Part shown: positions 1 through 20,362 of the stretch, in pieces
Numbering within the stretch: position 1 is the stretch's first letter
Layout of the letters: each line of letters opens with the position of its first letter
Assembly (NCBI RefSeq): GCF_009914755.1
Contig: NC_060930.1
DNA: 64,000 nucleotides
Reading direction: 5' to 3' (one strand)
Source: the human T2T-CHM13v2.0 reference genome, Homo sapiens
Translations under genes and position numbers: made by a program
Notes under the pieces: model-generated
The model's database searches: none
What the model was told of the DNA's origin: nothing
What the model saw: the letters and a program-made list of their open reading frames with translations, nothing else

Positions 1-555
1 CTGAGGATCTAATATCAGCATAGGTGTTGACAGATGTGTTAATTAATTTGATTGTGGTAATCATTACAATATATGTACATCAAAGGATCACGTTGTACAT
101 CTTGAATATGGTCAAATCTTTATTTGACAAATATGTTAAAATAAGAACAAAACTCAACAGCTAAAAAAACACAATCTAATAAGAAAAGAGGAAAATCACA
201 CGAAAAGACATTTCAACAAAGAGGAATATAGATAATAAATAAGCACAAAATATTCAACCTCACCAGGCATCAAGAAAGTCCAAATTACAACTGTGATGAG
301 ATATCAACACACACCTATTTGAATAGCTAAAATAAATAATGATAATAACAAATGCCTACAATAATGCAGAGAAACTGAATCCTTGATACATCAATGGTAA
401 GAATACACATGGTACAGTCACTGTGGAAAATAGTCTGGCAATTTCCTACAAAACTAAAATGTGCTTACCATAGGACTCAGCAAACAGCCTTCTGTGAATT
501 TGTCTCTAAAAATGAAAAAATATGTTCACAAAGCAATCTGTATATGAATGTTAAA
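1..555 (+). mobile_element. Old L1M 3'-end fragments (L1MA/MB-type tail ~1-143, then L1MD/ME-type ORF2 end/3' UTR)
   Basis: L1-like text 'aaaagacatttc..aaagagga', 'gagatatcaacacacacctattt..gaatagctaaaat', 'ctgtggaaaatagtctggcaatttcc'; ORF 394-594 (MVQSLWKIVWQF..KLK) resembles the L1 ORF2 C-terminus. Confidence 0.75.
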
Positions 556-599
556 CTGGCTTGTATCTGGGAGAATCAGTTGGCTCCCAGATAATTTAG

Positions 600-2100
600 G
601 ATTATAATGCTGTGGGTTCTAGTTAACCCACATTGGGAGTGATTCACCACTCCAAGTGTGGGTTCCAGCTTAACTTGATATTGCATGATTCTGATGGAAC
701 TCTAATGGAACTCTTCCATTTTACTGAGGTTGATCAAAATCATAGGCAGAATTCACACAGATTAAAATGGAAGATTCCATTCATGAGAATCACAAGAAAA
801 ATTTGACTTTAACATGAGTGGTAGTTACAAACTTTTTAAATAAAAGGAGCATCAGACGTAAAAATATTCGGAGTGACAATATGGAGCTGTTCTTAAGGAA
901 CAGTATGCCAAATCTATTGGTATATTATTTTTCAAAATGACTCTTAATGGCTGCTACCAGTCAATAATTTTTAGTATGAAAATCTGAAGTTTTGTGTGGA
1001 GGTAACATTGTCTGAGTAGTTTCCTTATTCTCACTGAAATGGTCAGAAACATAACAAAGCGTGGGAAGGAACAGAAGATTTAGCAAGGCTGCAGAATATG
1101 CCGTTTATTCCATGTTCAAAGCAGTAGAAAAGAAACCAAGAAGATGCCTTTATTCTTACGTGAGAATTCTATTGTTCAACATGTTCTAATTATGAAATCT
1201 GAACTCAAAAGGATGAAAGAGAAGCTCAATCCACAGTATAAAGTGTATCTTTTCTGGAAACAGTTGTTAACGACTTAAATGGCAGGTTTATGCACCCTCG
1301 ACTGACCCAATAGTTAAAGTAATAAACTGTAATACTCAAAACAGTCTGCAAAGCTGCATTTCTTGATTCGTTTGTGTTCCAGACAAATTAGAAGGCTGTA
1401 TGGCAGAGGGAGAAAACACTGCTAATCTTTTATGACCTATTAGGCGGTTTCACTGAAATGGAATTGTAAAAACAAATTTCTCAGGTACAAAAAATATATA
1501 TGTTGTGCCATTTTCCTCAATTCAAAACGAATTCATTTATTCTTTAATCACAGAAAAAGAAAAGGCTCTGCAAATTGTGCAAAAGAAAATGTAGGGAATT
1601 TCCACAAAAGAGAATTTTAAAATAAAATGAAAAAAAGACTTCATTAATACTTTTATTCTTTTGATGCACACAAGGGAGTTAATGGAAACTGTGGCCACAG
1701 CAATCCAGAATTAATGTCTTATATTTGGAAAATCAACATGTTTGGGAACATGAAAAGAGGTAAGCTATGTGGAATGAAATAATCTTGGGTCATTATGTAT
1801 CTACAATATTTGCCTCACTCAGGCGTACTCAGACATATGTTAAAGACATAACTGTCTCTACTTCCATTTGAGATTATTTTTCTCAGTAAATGAAACTCCA
1901 ACCACAAAAGCAGTTGACTATTTGAAATTACAAAAAAGCTGTCAGAAGGCTTGTGTGGGAGATACATTCGCCATAAGCACCAGTGCTAGGAATCTGAGAA
2001 GCTTTTTTAATGGATTCAGAGACCTTTAGAAAAAAAAGGTCTCCTTCTCCAGTAATTGAATTTGACACCAAAGTTCTTTGGATGCTAGGGCTGTACAGGG
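600..2100 (+). mobile_element. Decayed hAT (Ac/ZBED1-like clade) DNA transposon, transposase-coding remnant
   Basis: Manual translation gives collinear hAT-like motifs: CGFQLNL (657), CQIYWYIIF (906-932), WEGTEDLARLQNMPF (1062-1106), FLETVVNDLNGRF (1251-1289), AAFLD (1353-1367), ISTSA/ESEKLF (1973-2007), FRKKRS. Many stops and frameshifts. Confidence 0.72.
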
Positions 2101-5100
2101 TATTTTCCCATCCACATCTAGGCTAAATTGGAGATGGTGACCTCTGATAGACTACAGCAATCCAGGAAGTAATAGAAACCTCACTTCATAGAAACTGGTG
2201 ACAGGTTGGGATTAAATTTTAGGCTGGCCAGGAACCGTCAAACTCTTTCTCAGAGAGCCCACAGGCTTCCAATAGAATGGAGATTTTTAAAAACATTCTA
2301 CAAATGATTCTTTTTCCAATGTACTCTAATTACATTGAAAATTATAAACTAAGATCACTTAAGGTTTGAGACTCAAACAGGACTTAAATCCAAACAAGAT
2401 GTCTTAGTTTCCTAACTTCAATACCATTTTACAGAGCTTTGTAACAATGGTGAAGGAGAAATAGTGTGGAATATAGACAGGGGTTTATGCATAAGGATGT
2501 TCCTTGAACTGTTGTTTAAAATAGTGAAAAAGCAGACACAGGTCCTAAGTATTCAGGAGCAATAATTGGTTAAGCAAGGTATATAATAGAAGTTTATGAA
2601 GTCATTAGAAAGCATCTTTTTAAAGGATATTTAATTAGGTAAGTTTCTCAAGCTACATTACTGTAAAAGCAATATACATAATTATACATCTAATGGATAT
2701 ACAAATACCTGGATATATAATATATACATAGATTAAAAATTAGAAATTATGGAGTAACAATCAGTAGGCAATCAGATTACAAATGATTTTCTTTTTATAT
2801 AGTTTTGCTAACTTACATGTTTACTACAACTAATGTGTACTACTTTACAGCCAGAAATATGAAAAACAGTATTTGAGAGAGTAAAAATATAGTTATAGTC
2901 CTTTGAACCACTAAAATTTTTGTATATTCAGTTATTAATTATTAATATGTTTGTTAGACAAGAATTTATTTAAAACATTGTGTTTGGACTTCTGAGAAAG
3001 ATCTAGAGAAAACTCCTCTCCCAGAAACTCACAGAAGAGAATAAAAATGAATTAAAATTACAGAATGAAATTTTATGTGTTATAAAACTAGGGAAATGAC
3101 AGAAATCTATATAATAAACCCTAAAGAATATCTACAAACTTTAATTAAATTTTCCAATTAGAGAAGTATATGAAGCATCTCCCTAAATAATCTCCCTTAA
3201 AGACTAATTGATAGAATAATCTTTTGACATATCTGTAGCACTAGAAATAATAATTTAGATTGACACAAATTGACTTATAGGGATGTATTATTAAATAAGA
3301 AAAGAAGGACACTGAAAACTATATTTTTATAGACATAGTATAGGTAAAGATATATATGTACATATCTATTATTTGTAATTATATATTCCAATATATAAAT
3401 ATATATACACAAATAATTATATATTTATTTTTATAAAACAATGCCTTGCAAACTCTTAATGATAGATAGTGTACAGGCATGAGAAAGAGAAAGAAAGAGA
3501 TAGATTATACGGGCATAGAAAAAATATGAAAGAACTGACACACACAGGTGCTAATCTTAACAGAAGAGAGCTACTTAGAAGTCAAATAAAATAATCAAAG
3601 TTATGTTTTAAATCATATACATAAACCTCTCCCTCTTGCCATGATGGTAACTGGTAACTGAACTTGTTTTTCCAACAATTATAAAACTGGACAAAACGTA
3701 TGAGTCAACTGTTTGCAGATGTTGAAAAACAGACAGCACAGGATGTAATTTTTTAAAGAAGGAAAACATATGAGATAAGCCCAACAGTTTCTCCACAATT
3801 GCCCTGATTTTCTGCCTAATGGTATTTTTCTGCCACAGATCAGGAAGGGAAAGCCAAGCAGAGCAGCAGTCTTGCTGAGTTGAGAAGGCAGATACTGGAG
3901 TTCCAGACTGCTGAACCAGCTGGAATTTTTAGAGCAAAGCACATGAGAAAAGAGAGCTATGGTAAAGGGAGAATGAATCTCATCAGCTAGAATGCTAGGC
4001 TGAGGACTGACTTGATCATGCAACAGGATGAGTGTCTACAAAATCAATCAGAGATTGCCTGCTACAGGGATGATAGCTAAACAATAATATTTGAGGCTGT
4101 GCTGTGTTAGGAGACATTGGAGTTCTATCCCTACGACATTCAAGAGACTACACTAAGCACAGTGCACATTCAATGGATAATAATCATAGCTAGAGTAAGA
4201 CACATGCCTTAGAATGTGGTCCAAAACTGAAATAGACCATCCTTCACAAAGAATAAAAAAAAATCTACAGGATCAAAATAGTTTGTCTGCAAAAAAAGTA
4301 ATTTAAAGTCTTTTATAATAAGACAATATAACCCAAACTCCCCACAACATATCATCTAAAATGTCTAGCACATACTCAAAAATTAGTAGAAATGTGAAAA
4401 AAAAAAAAAAACAAGAAAATGTGATCCACAAGTAGGATAAAAATTAGTTAATAGTAACAGGACCAAAAATGACTTAGCTATTCTGAACAGCAGATAATAT
4501 TTTTAAACAGCTATCATAAATATGTTTAAAATCTTAAAGAAAAATATGGTTATAATGAATAAAAGAATGAGAAATTCAACAGAGAAATGTTATAAAAAAG
4601 AATCACATTGAAATTTAATAAATGAAGTGAACAGTATCTGAAATAAAAAAAATTCACTAAATGGGCTCCTTATCAGACTGGGTGCAGCAAAGGAAAGAAT
4701 CAGTGAACTTCAAAACAGATCAATACAATTTTTCCAATGTTAATAACAGAGAGAGAAAGGATTAAAACAAAATGAACAGAATATCAATAATCTTTAAGAA
4801 TATATTAAGAGAAGATAGAGAGAAAATGGAACAGAATAAATATCTGAAGAAGTAATAGTAGATAATTTCCCAAGTTTAGTGAGAAACATCAATATATACC
4901 TCCAAAAAACTAGCAAAATGTAAACAGAAAATATTCAAAGTGATTCAGCCCTAGACGCATCATAATCAAAGTGCTAAAAATCAAAGAATAAATTATAAAA
5001 GTAGCCAGAGATTAACCACATATTATACACAAAGGAACTATAGTATCAATAGTGGCTGATGTCTCATGAGAAATAATGAAATCCATTTAAAAAACTGAAT

Positions 5101-5612
5101 AGCATCTTTAAAATTATAAAGGAAAGCAAATGTCATTTCATAATATTATATCGAGAGAAAATGTCTTCAAATAAAGGTAAGATAATGATATTTTCAGACA
5201 ATAAAAACTGAGAGAATTTGTTATTAGCAAACCTTTACTAAGAAAATTCTAAAACAAGTTCTTCAGGCTGAAGGAAAAATTATATCACATACAATGAAAA
5301 CCTACAGAAAGGAATAGAGAACACTGGAAATGTTAAATGTAAAAGTGTATGTAAAAGACATCTTATTTTTGTCTTATTATCTTTAAAATCATTTAACTTT
5401 TTAAAGCAAAAGTTGTAATATTGATTAAAGGTTTAAAATGTTTAGAGACTTATAACAACAAGATTATAAAGTTTCAGAAATAAATGGTACTATGCTGTTG
5501 CAAGGTTATACCTTCTGTAAAGGATAAAACATTTACTCTAAAAACAGTGATAAATTAAGGATGCATATCGTAATTCCTAGAAAAACAACTACAAATAAAA
5601 TATATCTAAAAA

Positions 5613-5704
5613 TCCAATAGAATTATATTTGATTAACACAAAGAAGACTTGTAGTAAAGTCCAATAGAATTATATTTGATTAACACAAAGAAGACTTGTA
5701 GTAA
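5613..5704 (+). repeat. Perfect 45-bp tandem duplication (period 47)
   Basis: tccaatagaattatatttgattaacacaaagaagacttgtagtaa at 5613-5657 and 5660-5704. Confidence 0.95.
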
Positions 5705-5952
5705 TAGATGGGAACAAAAAACAGACAAGACAAATAGGGAAAAAATAGCAAAATGGTAGACAAATCTATCCATGTCACTAACCATTTTACATGTTAATGG
5801 ATCAAAGACTCCAAATAAAAAGCAAAGGTTGTTGAGCTAGATAAGGGAGAAAAGAAAGCTATTCTAAATTATGTGTTGTTAATAAAAGATACTTTTTTGT
5901 TAAAAAGAGACACATTGGTTGAAAGTTTTAAATGTAAAAGACATACCAATCA

Positions 5953-12110
<6,158 letters not shown>

Positions 12111-14256
12111 GTAAAACTTAATAGGAAATCAATGGCACTTGGGTGAAGACCTACGCAATATACCTCTCTGAGGTGTGATGGGAGCTGTGCTCATTCCCAA
12201 GGGAAGGCATGTTTTCTGGACAGTGGTGATGTGTAATGTGGACTGAATTGCAAAGGAATTAGAAAAGAATTAAAATGAGATGAAGTAGGTGAAGATAATA
12301 AAAGACAGAATTTCCACTGGAATTAGAGGTGAAGATTTCAAAGCAGTACTTTGACTTTCCTTCCTTAACTGATCCTGACCATTGCCTGGTCAGGGCAGCA
12401 GGGCGTACCTAGGACACTGCAGGACCAAGGCCTCCAGCTCCAGAACTTCTCACTTTTCTTTTTGGATTTTGGATAATCCACATGGGTTAGTACTCTAGAA
12501 TTTTAAGCCTATATTTTTTAAAGAATGAAATGTATTATATCTAATTACAATGTACTCATCCTTTATTTCCTGAAAGTAGAAATTCAAAAAAATCTAAAAG
12601 TAGCAAATAAGTCACTTAGGATCACTGCTTAAAAGACAACCACTGATAAAATGTAGAATTCCTGGGCCACAGTATATGAATGGGAAACATATTTCTTAAT
12701 TCTTTCACCCAAAGGATTATGCTAATAAATATTTCAATCAACCATGTACCTGCATTGAATTCAACCAATTAAAATTTGTTATCCTTCCCTTCAGTACCCA
12801 GTGAGCAAAGTGCCAGCCCTTATCCTCCACAGCAATACTCGGTCCCCAGCTTCCGCTGAGTTCATCTTCTCTGAAATTTCTGAGACTCCTGTGGATACCA
12901 CATCCACAGATTCATCCAAGTACTTGGTGGTCCCTCCCATTACATACTACTGCTCTGGCCTCTGCCCGTCATAGTTGCCATCTGGTCATTTCCTTCCCAT
13001 AAAGCCAGGGCTCACCCAATCTACGCCATTCCAAGTGTGGATGCAGGTTTAACCTTTAATTCCTGAAAGCACAGCTAAAGTGAACATAGCATGTAACTAA
13101 CTTTACTAAAACCTGGGGGTCACTAAGAGGATAATAGACTATGGGTGAAAAAGTATTTTAACTAATTCTCTTGTTTCCTTCTCAAGTCTTTGGCCATGCC
13201 CCTTTTGGGGCCCCTTGCAGCCTTGTCTCTCCTTAGCCCCCTAAGGTATCCCCCTCTCACAGTGGACAGTTTACCTCCCCCAAATGGGAGGTACCTCAGC
13301 CTTGCCCCTATGCCTTCAGTCCAGCCCCAACTGCTCCTTCCTGTGCTCAGCCAAAGAAAAATGTGTTCACAAAAATCTTTACAGAGATCCAATGTTTTCC
13401 GCAAATGAGACAAGTTTTATATTATGTGCATATAACTTAATCTATCAACGTGAAACATCTTCATTCAGATTATAGTGCTATTCCTAAGAACTCTGGGTGT
13501 CCTACCTGTCTCGACACCTAAACCAATCGCTTCCAGAGCTTCCAGAACACAGGGAGAGCCTGCTGGGACAACTTCGGCTGCCACCCCACATGCAGAACCT
13601 CTTAAGACTTACTAAAGAGCAATTATTTTCGTTGCCAACAATCTTAAGATCCAGACTCTACCCTGGCCACAGAAAAACACTCCTCACAGATTTCCAGGAG
13701 TTTCTTGTCCTATATAAAGAGATGAAAATCAGACCTCATTTTTGTTTCAGTTCACACTCCTTTGATGACATTCAACTATTTGTTCTTGATTTGCATTGTG
13801 CACCTACCCTCTGACTCTTATCTTTTTCATGTATGCCTATGTCTCCCAGATCTACACTCCACGTAGTTATTTCAGCTCCTTGCTACACACAGACAATCAG
13901 ACCATGAAACCAGAAGGCAGGAGCCACCAGACAAAGGGAGGGAAGACAGTCTGAAATTTAGAGAATGATTCCACTCATCTTCTAAGAAGGTTGTGTGAGG
14001 ACCGGTGTATTCTGCTGTAGGTATTAGCATTGACCAGATACCAGATACCATTTGTCTGGTATCACAATGATCAGAGTCATGTGAACACCACAAGCAGGCT
14101 CAGCTCAGGAATCAGGGCCAACTTGGGCTGCATGGACCCTACACTAGCCTTGTCCCAAGGTTTATCATCTAAGTTCCTGCTGCTTTCTCTGGAATCAAGC
14201 CATAACTTCTGAAATCCTAGAAATTATACCCCCCACACCAAATTTTACTTTCTCCC

Positions 14257-14420
14257 ATTCATTAATTTAATAATATTTATTGGTACCAACCCTGCCAGAA
14301 AACTGTGCTAAGCACTAGGATCTTAGCAATGAACCTGACCCATATGTCCTTGCCTCCTACGAGTGAACACAGACTTGAAACAAATAATTCTAAAGAGCTA
14401 ACACAAGGTGCTGTGGGCAT
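14257..14420 (-). mobile_element. L2 3' end
   Basis: 'attcattaatttaataatatttattggtacc..ctgtgctaagcactagga..gtccttgcctcc' matches the reverse L2 tail. Confidence 0.65.
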
Positions 14421-16142
14421 CCCATAATAATTCCTGCCTTGGTTTCCCACCTAGTGCCTCACTTTCTCTGGAGCTGCAGTACTACCTTACTTCCCCAAAG
14501 ACTCTTCTTGACCTCAAAGCTCTGCGCCCAACCCCACACTTCTCCCACAGGACCCCTGCCTGCATCAATCTCTATTAGCAGATGCCATGATGTTAACACC
14601 TGCCAGAACATTCTCCTACCTGGACTCATCCTGAAGCTCAGAGCTGCCTTGTTGCTGATGCTCACTTCTAATCATTTTCTTCCACCTGAATCTCTTCAGT
14701 CTCCAATCAGTAGTCAACCCAATTTGGAGAGAGAAAGTGATCAGATACAAGGAATCTAGGCATGAGATTAACAGAAGCTAAAAAACATAGAAAAAAATCA
14801 CCCTACGAGGAGTAGTAATCTATTAATAATATATCTGGGTTTCTAAAGAGTGCTTACTTGTGTTATCTTGTTAATCTTCACTACTTCATTTGTAATTAAA
14901 CTCACATAAATAAATGGTTACATAACTTGGGAAGAAAATTAGTCAAGTTTTAATTAAACAACTGGTTTTTCTATCCCAAGAGTTTGTCAAATAGAGAGCT
15001 TTGCTTTGCATATGTGTGTGCAACATGTCAGGTGTCAGAGGCAGATGTGTTCGCATAAAGTTCTTTGGTATAAAATAGAACATAAGATACCTGCATAGCT
15101 CATATGAACAATTTTTAATTAATGGGTCCACTTTCTAGAGAGCATCAACTTGAGAGGGATGGAGGGTAGTACTTCCGATCTTATATTTTTGACACAGCTT
15201 ATAAAGGTCTTTGCCATTCATCAAAAGGCGAGACATATACCAGCTTCCAGAGTATAGAAATTATTGACTTCACTGATTTTTAAAACTTTGATTCATCCAT
15301 AAGTACAATAAAGGGGAAATTAATTTGTGGTTGACAGAGCAAAATTGACAGAGCAAACTAAAGCCACAAATGATAACGCTGTCAGAGCAATGAAGCAGTG
15401 CAATATAAAATGGAGCAGTGGGCACAGAGGAGAGTCACGGGCACTCGTTTGCTAAGATCTGCTGCTTTTATCTCTTTATATACATAAGCAGCAGCAAACT
15501 ATAATCAAATAAACATGCAGCAAGTCATCGGAATAATGTCATTGAAATTTTGTCTGCTCAGTGCTTCAGGAATATGTCTTTTCCTCGATTTGATCAGTAT
15601 AGAGTATAATGTATTATCTTACTCTATGGGGAAACATTGATCAAAGCCGTACAAAAGAGGTATGTATCTTACTGCAATAGAGAATTTTACTCTTCTCCAT
15701 TCTGCTATTGTTAGCTACTCTATCATCAACGAGCAGCTTCTGCTTTCTTCTCTTGCTTGCCTGAAAGCTCTCGGTCAGAAATTTGGTCTGCATAAAGGAA
15801 GAACAGCCTCAGAGTCTCATGAAAAGGACTCTGCCAGGTATTTTTAACAGCTGATATTTCAAGGACTAGACTTAGGAGCTGACATCTCTTAGATAATTGT
15901 CAGAGGGATTCAGAATTCCCAGGACGCTTTTGAATTCAGTAGTAGATAATTTCATGAAAGCTGTTTGATGACTCAAGATCCAATGGAACAAGAATAAATT
16001 AATACTGAATGAACTCAAGAGGAACATCCAATTGTGATTATTTATTGTGGAATAAGGTTGGTAGAGTTTTTAGTGTTCCACTTTCTGATGGCTATATAAG
16101 AAAGCCCTTTCTTTTTCTTGTTGATCTATTTTTTCTTCTTTC

Positions 16143-17050
<908 letters not shown>

Positions 17051-17209
17051 CTAACCTTAGTTAATAACTATGCTTCTCTATCTTGTTCTCTCTGACCCAT
17101 CAAAATTCAGAAACAAATACTTTTATTGAGTTTATTTGAATAGCAGTATAGATATTTGCAATTGGTTCATAAAAAGTTAATCATACTTTCTGTTAGAATG
17201 TAATTGAAC

Positions 17210-18100
17210 AGATTGAATGTGTAATCTAGACCATCTATGGAGTGTCATATTTCAGAATACATCTCATTTAATCAGCTATAAGAAGCCCACAACTAAGGAT
17301 CAAGGGTTGCAGCTTTTGGGTGGAATCAATGCCTTCAGAGTTTTCCCAGGAAATCAGTTTCTTGTCTGTTCTATGGCTTATAGGGTCTCAGCCTTATAGG
17401 TAGTATTACATGTCACTTCCTGGCAGGCCAGGAGGTTTAGGAGATTTGGAGACACCGCAGAGAGAGAAATTCACACAAATCTGAAGGTGCTGCAGGCAAA
17501 ATCTGATGGAGATAAATTTCTTGGGTTTGGCATCTTAGCCTTATAATAGAACAAATACAGGCAATATTCTGTGTAATCTCTGGAGAATAGATTATTGAAA
17601 ATTCAGGCCTAGGTGTCTTACAAAATTTTCAACAGAGCTCTTTTTCTGGATTTAATAGTTGCTTGACCCCATATGACTCTAGACTTGATGACCATACTAA
17701 AGCTTATATACGTTCATTAATACTGAATGCTATACCCATGAAAGCAGCCAAAATACAATGAGACCAGCCATTTTTGAACCAAGAATAATCCCTGGAGATA
17801 ATTTATAAACACCGGGAGGAAGTATTAAGAACACACTCCACGAACTGGATATGGACAAAAGGGTGACTCATGTCCTTCCAAAATCACATCCAATGAATTA
17901 ACTAACAAGGCTACCCAAGAATTATCTGATTCTCTAGAAGTATGTAACTTTAACAACACATTCACTATTAATGAGGGAATTTTACAAATCTCTAAGGATA
18001 GACTTCAGTCTATGCAAAAGTAGTAACAATGCAAGTGATTTTTGTTTTATGGCAATACAAAACGAATTTTGCCCTGTGGATAAGGGTTTCTGTAAAACGG
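17210..18100 (+). mobile_element. ERV1 (MER4-group) internal-region fragment
   Basis: 'ggcttatagggtctcagccttataggtag..gtcacttcctggcaggccagg..gagagagaaattcacacaaatc' resembles a conserved MER4-group internal block; boundaries uncertain. Confidence 0.55.
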
Positions 18101-20362
18101 TTTTTATCTGGTAGAGAAGACTTTATCTCAAGGGTGAGAGTTGTATTGCCTATAACTGTGACATTAACAAGTCTTCCGCATTAATCAGTTTTGTATGTGA
18201 TATGGCATTCTTTCTTTCAGTGAGTCTAAATACTTCTGCCTCTCCTGTACTTCTTAGAGCTAACTCACCATCCTGTTGGTTTCCTTATTCATGAATTAAA
18301 TCAATCTGTGGCATGCACTCACTTGAAAAACAAAAAAGAAAGGAAAAAGCTATAAGAGAATGGCAAATTAGACTAGCTGCATTCTTTCGTAAAAAAATCA
18401 AGAAATTCCAGATTATGTTGGAATAATTTCTTTAGAGTGCAGAGAAAATAGCTGTCAACTTAGCAGTTATACGTAGTTCGTATATCATTCCTGACTGAGC
18501 TAAAATAAAGCTATTCTCAGACACACAAAGATAGAGAGTTAACTACCTCTTTAAAACAACTATTAAAGGAAATATTTCAATGAGAAGAAAAGTAAACTTA
18601 GTAGGAATACATGTTTCTTTTTCTAAAAGAAATGGTGAAACTAAAGTTATAGGCAGCAATAACAAGAATTTTGGGGAATTAAAAGAGAGGGTAATACATA
18701 TGAAAACCTTTTTTCTTTTGGAGAATGAAAAAATAATGAATATGTTTAGATTTGTTTACAAAATCTGTAGTTATCTGTATTTTTAAATTTTAAAGTTATT
18801 GAAAATGTTAGAGATGCCATTTATGGTTTCCAAACCAGCATAGAGAAAAATAAAGAAATAAAGAAAACTCTATTAATCCAATAGAAGAGAGGAAGAAAGA
18901 GGAAAGAGGCAAAGAAAAATAATACTAATTCAGACAGGCTAAATTAAATGTTGGAGATAAACATAAATACATCAATAATCATTAAAAAATGTAAATAAGC
19001 TCATCTATTAAGGAGGGATTATCAGATGGAATTTAATTCTGCTATATGGTGGTTTCAAGAGATCCTTAAAAAAAAACTCACAGAGAGATTTAAAATAGAG
19101 TTACTGAACAAATACTCTAGGCAAATATGAAAATCAATAAAAAGCCAGTATAGTAAATTATTACCAAACAAAATAGAATTGAAGGCAAAATGTCAGAAAT
19201 AAAGAGCTACACTGCATAAGAGCAAAGGGAAATTATCTAGCAATAAAGTATGAAAATCATGAAATTGCATGCACCTCCGCACATAGCTTCAAAACATGTA
19301 AAGGCAAAACTGACAGGATTATAATGCAAAATTGATACACTTCTATCAGACAGAAAGATCTAGTCAGGAAAATATTATTGAGGTTAAATATTTGAATGAC
19401 AAAATAAACAAGCTTTAATCTAAAAGCAAACATAAAATATTTGTAAAAAAAGTGTTCTGCCTACTGGATCACAAAGGATATTATGATAAATGTCAAAGAA
19501 CTGATACTGTTGAAACTACATTCTCTGATGACAATGCAATTTAATTGGAAATCAAACAATAAAGAAATGACTAAAATTGCATATGCCTGGATCTATCTTG
19601 GCCTCTTTTCCCCCATGAATTATGGAATAATTCATAGTTAAAGAAAATATTCACAATAAAATTAACAACATATTTGGAACAAAGCCTCATTAAAATCACT
19701 ATTATATCAAAACCTATGAAATAGAGCTAAAATGTGACCTAAGTAGAAAACACATGGCTTAGATATATTTTGAAGAGAAATATTAACAATAAATGAACTA
19801 AGATTCAGTTCATGAATCTGAGGGAAAATCAGTAAATTCAAAGGTAAGAAGGAAGGAAATAATATATAAGAGCCAAAATTAATAAGATTGTTTGGACAAT
19901 GTAAAGAACATTTCTAAGACAAGCACTTTTTAAAAACCAATTATATAGCACAAAAGGTCTAGCCACACTGATGAAGGAATAAAAAGAGAATACCAAAACA
20001 ACAATTTTAGGAAAAAAGAAAGATATACATATAAATATATTTGAGACTTTTAAAGCCTAACAGAATATTGTCAATAATTTCATGCCAATAAATTTGAAAA
20101 CTTGGTCAAGAGGTACAATTTTCTAGGAAAATGTAAATCACCAAAAGTTTTCTATAATTATAATGGTTCATAAACCATTACATAGATTTATTTTTAGTGT
20201 CTTCCCCCAAGCATAGATATAAAACCCAGATCAGTTAATAAGTATTTAATGAATACATAATTTTATATAATAGGTAATAAAATTGCAAACAATAGAAAAA
20301 AGGGAGACATTTTTCTAGATCTAAAGAAAATGACAAGAATAATTCAAGAAACAAAGATTATA

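Noticed and set aside
600-2300. Endogenous RNA-virus element or processed pseudogene
   Set aside because: No poly(A), TSD or viral motif seen; ordered hAT transposase motifs explain the region.
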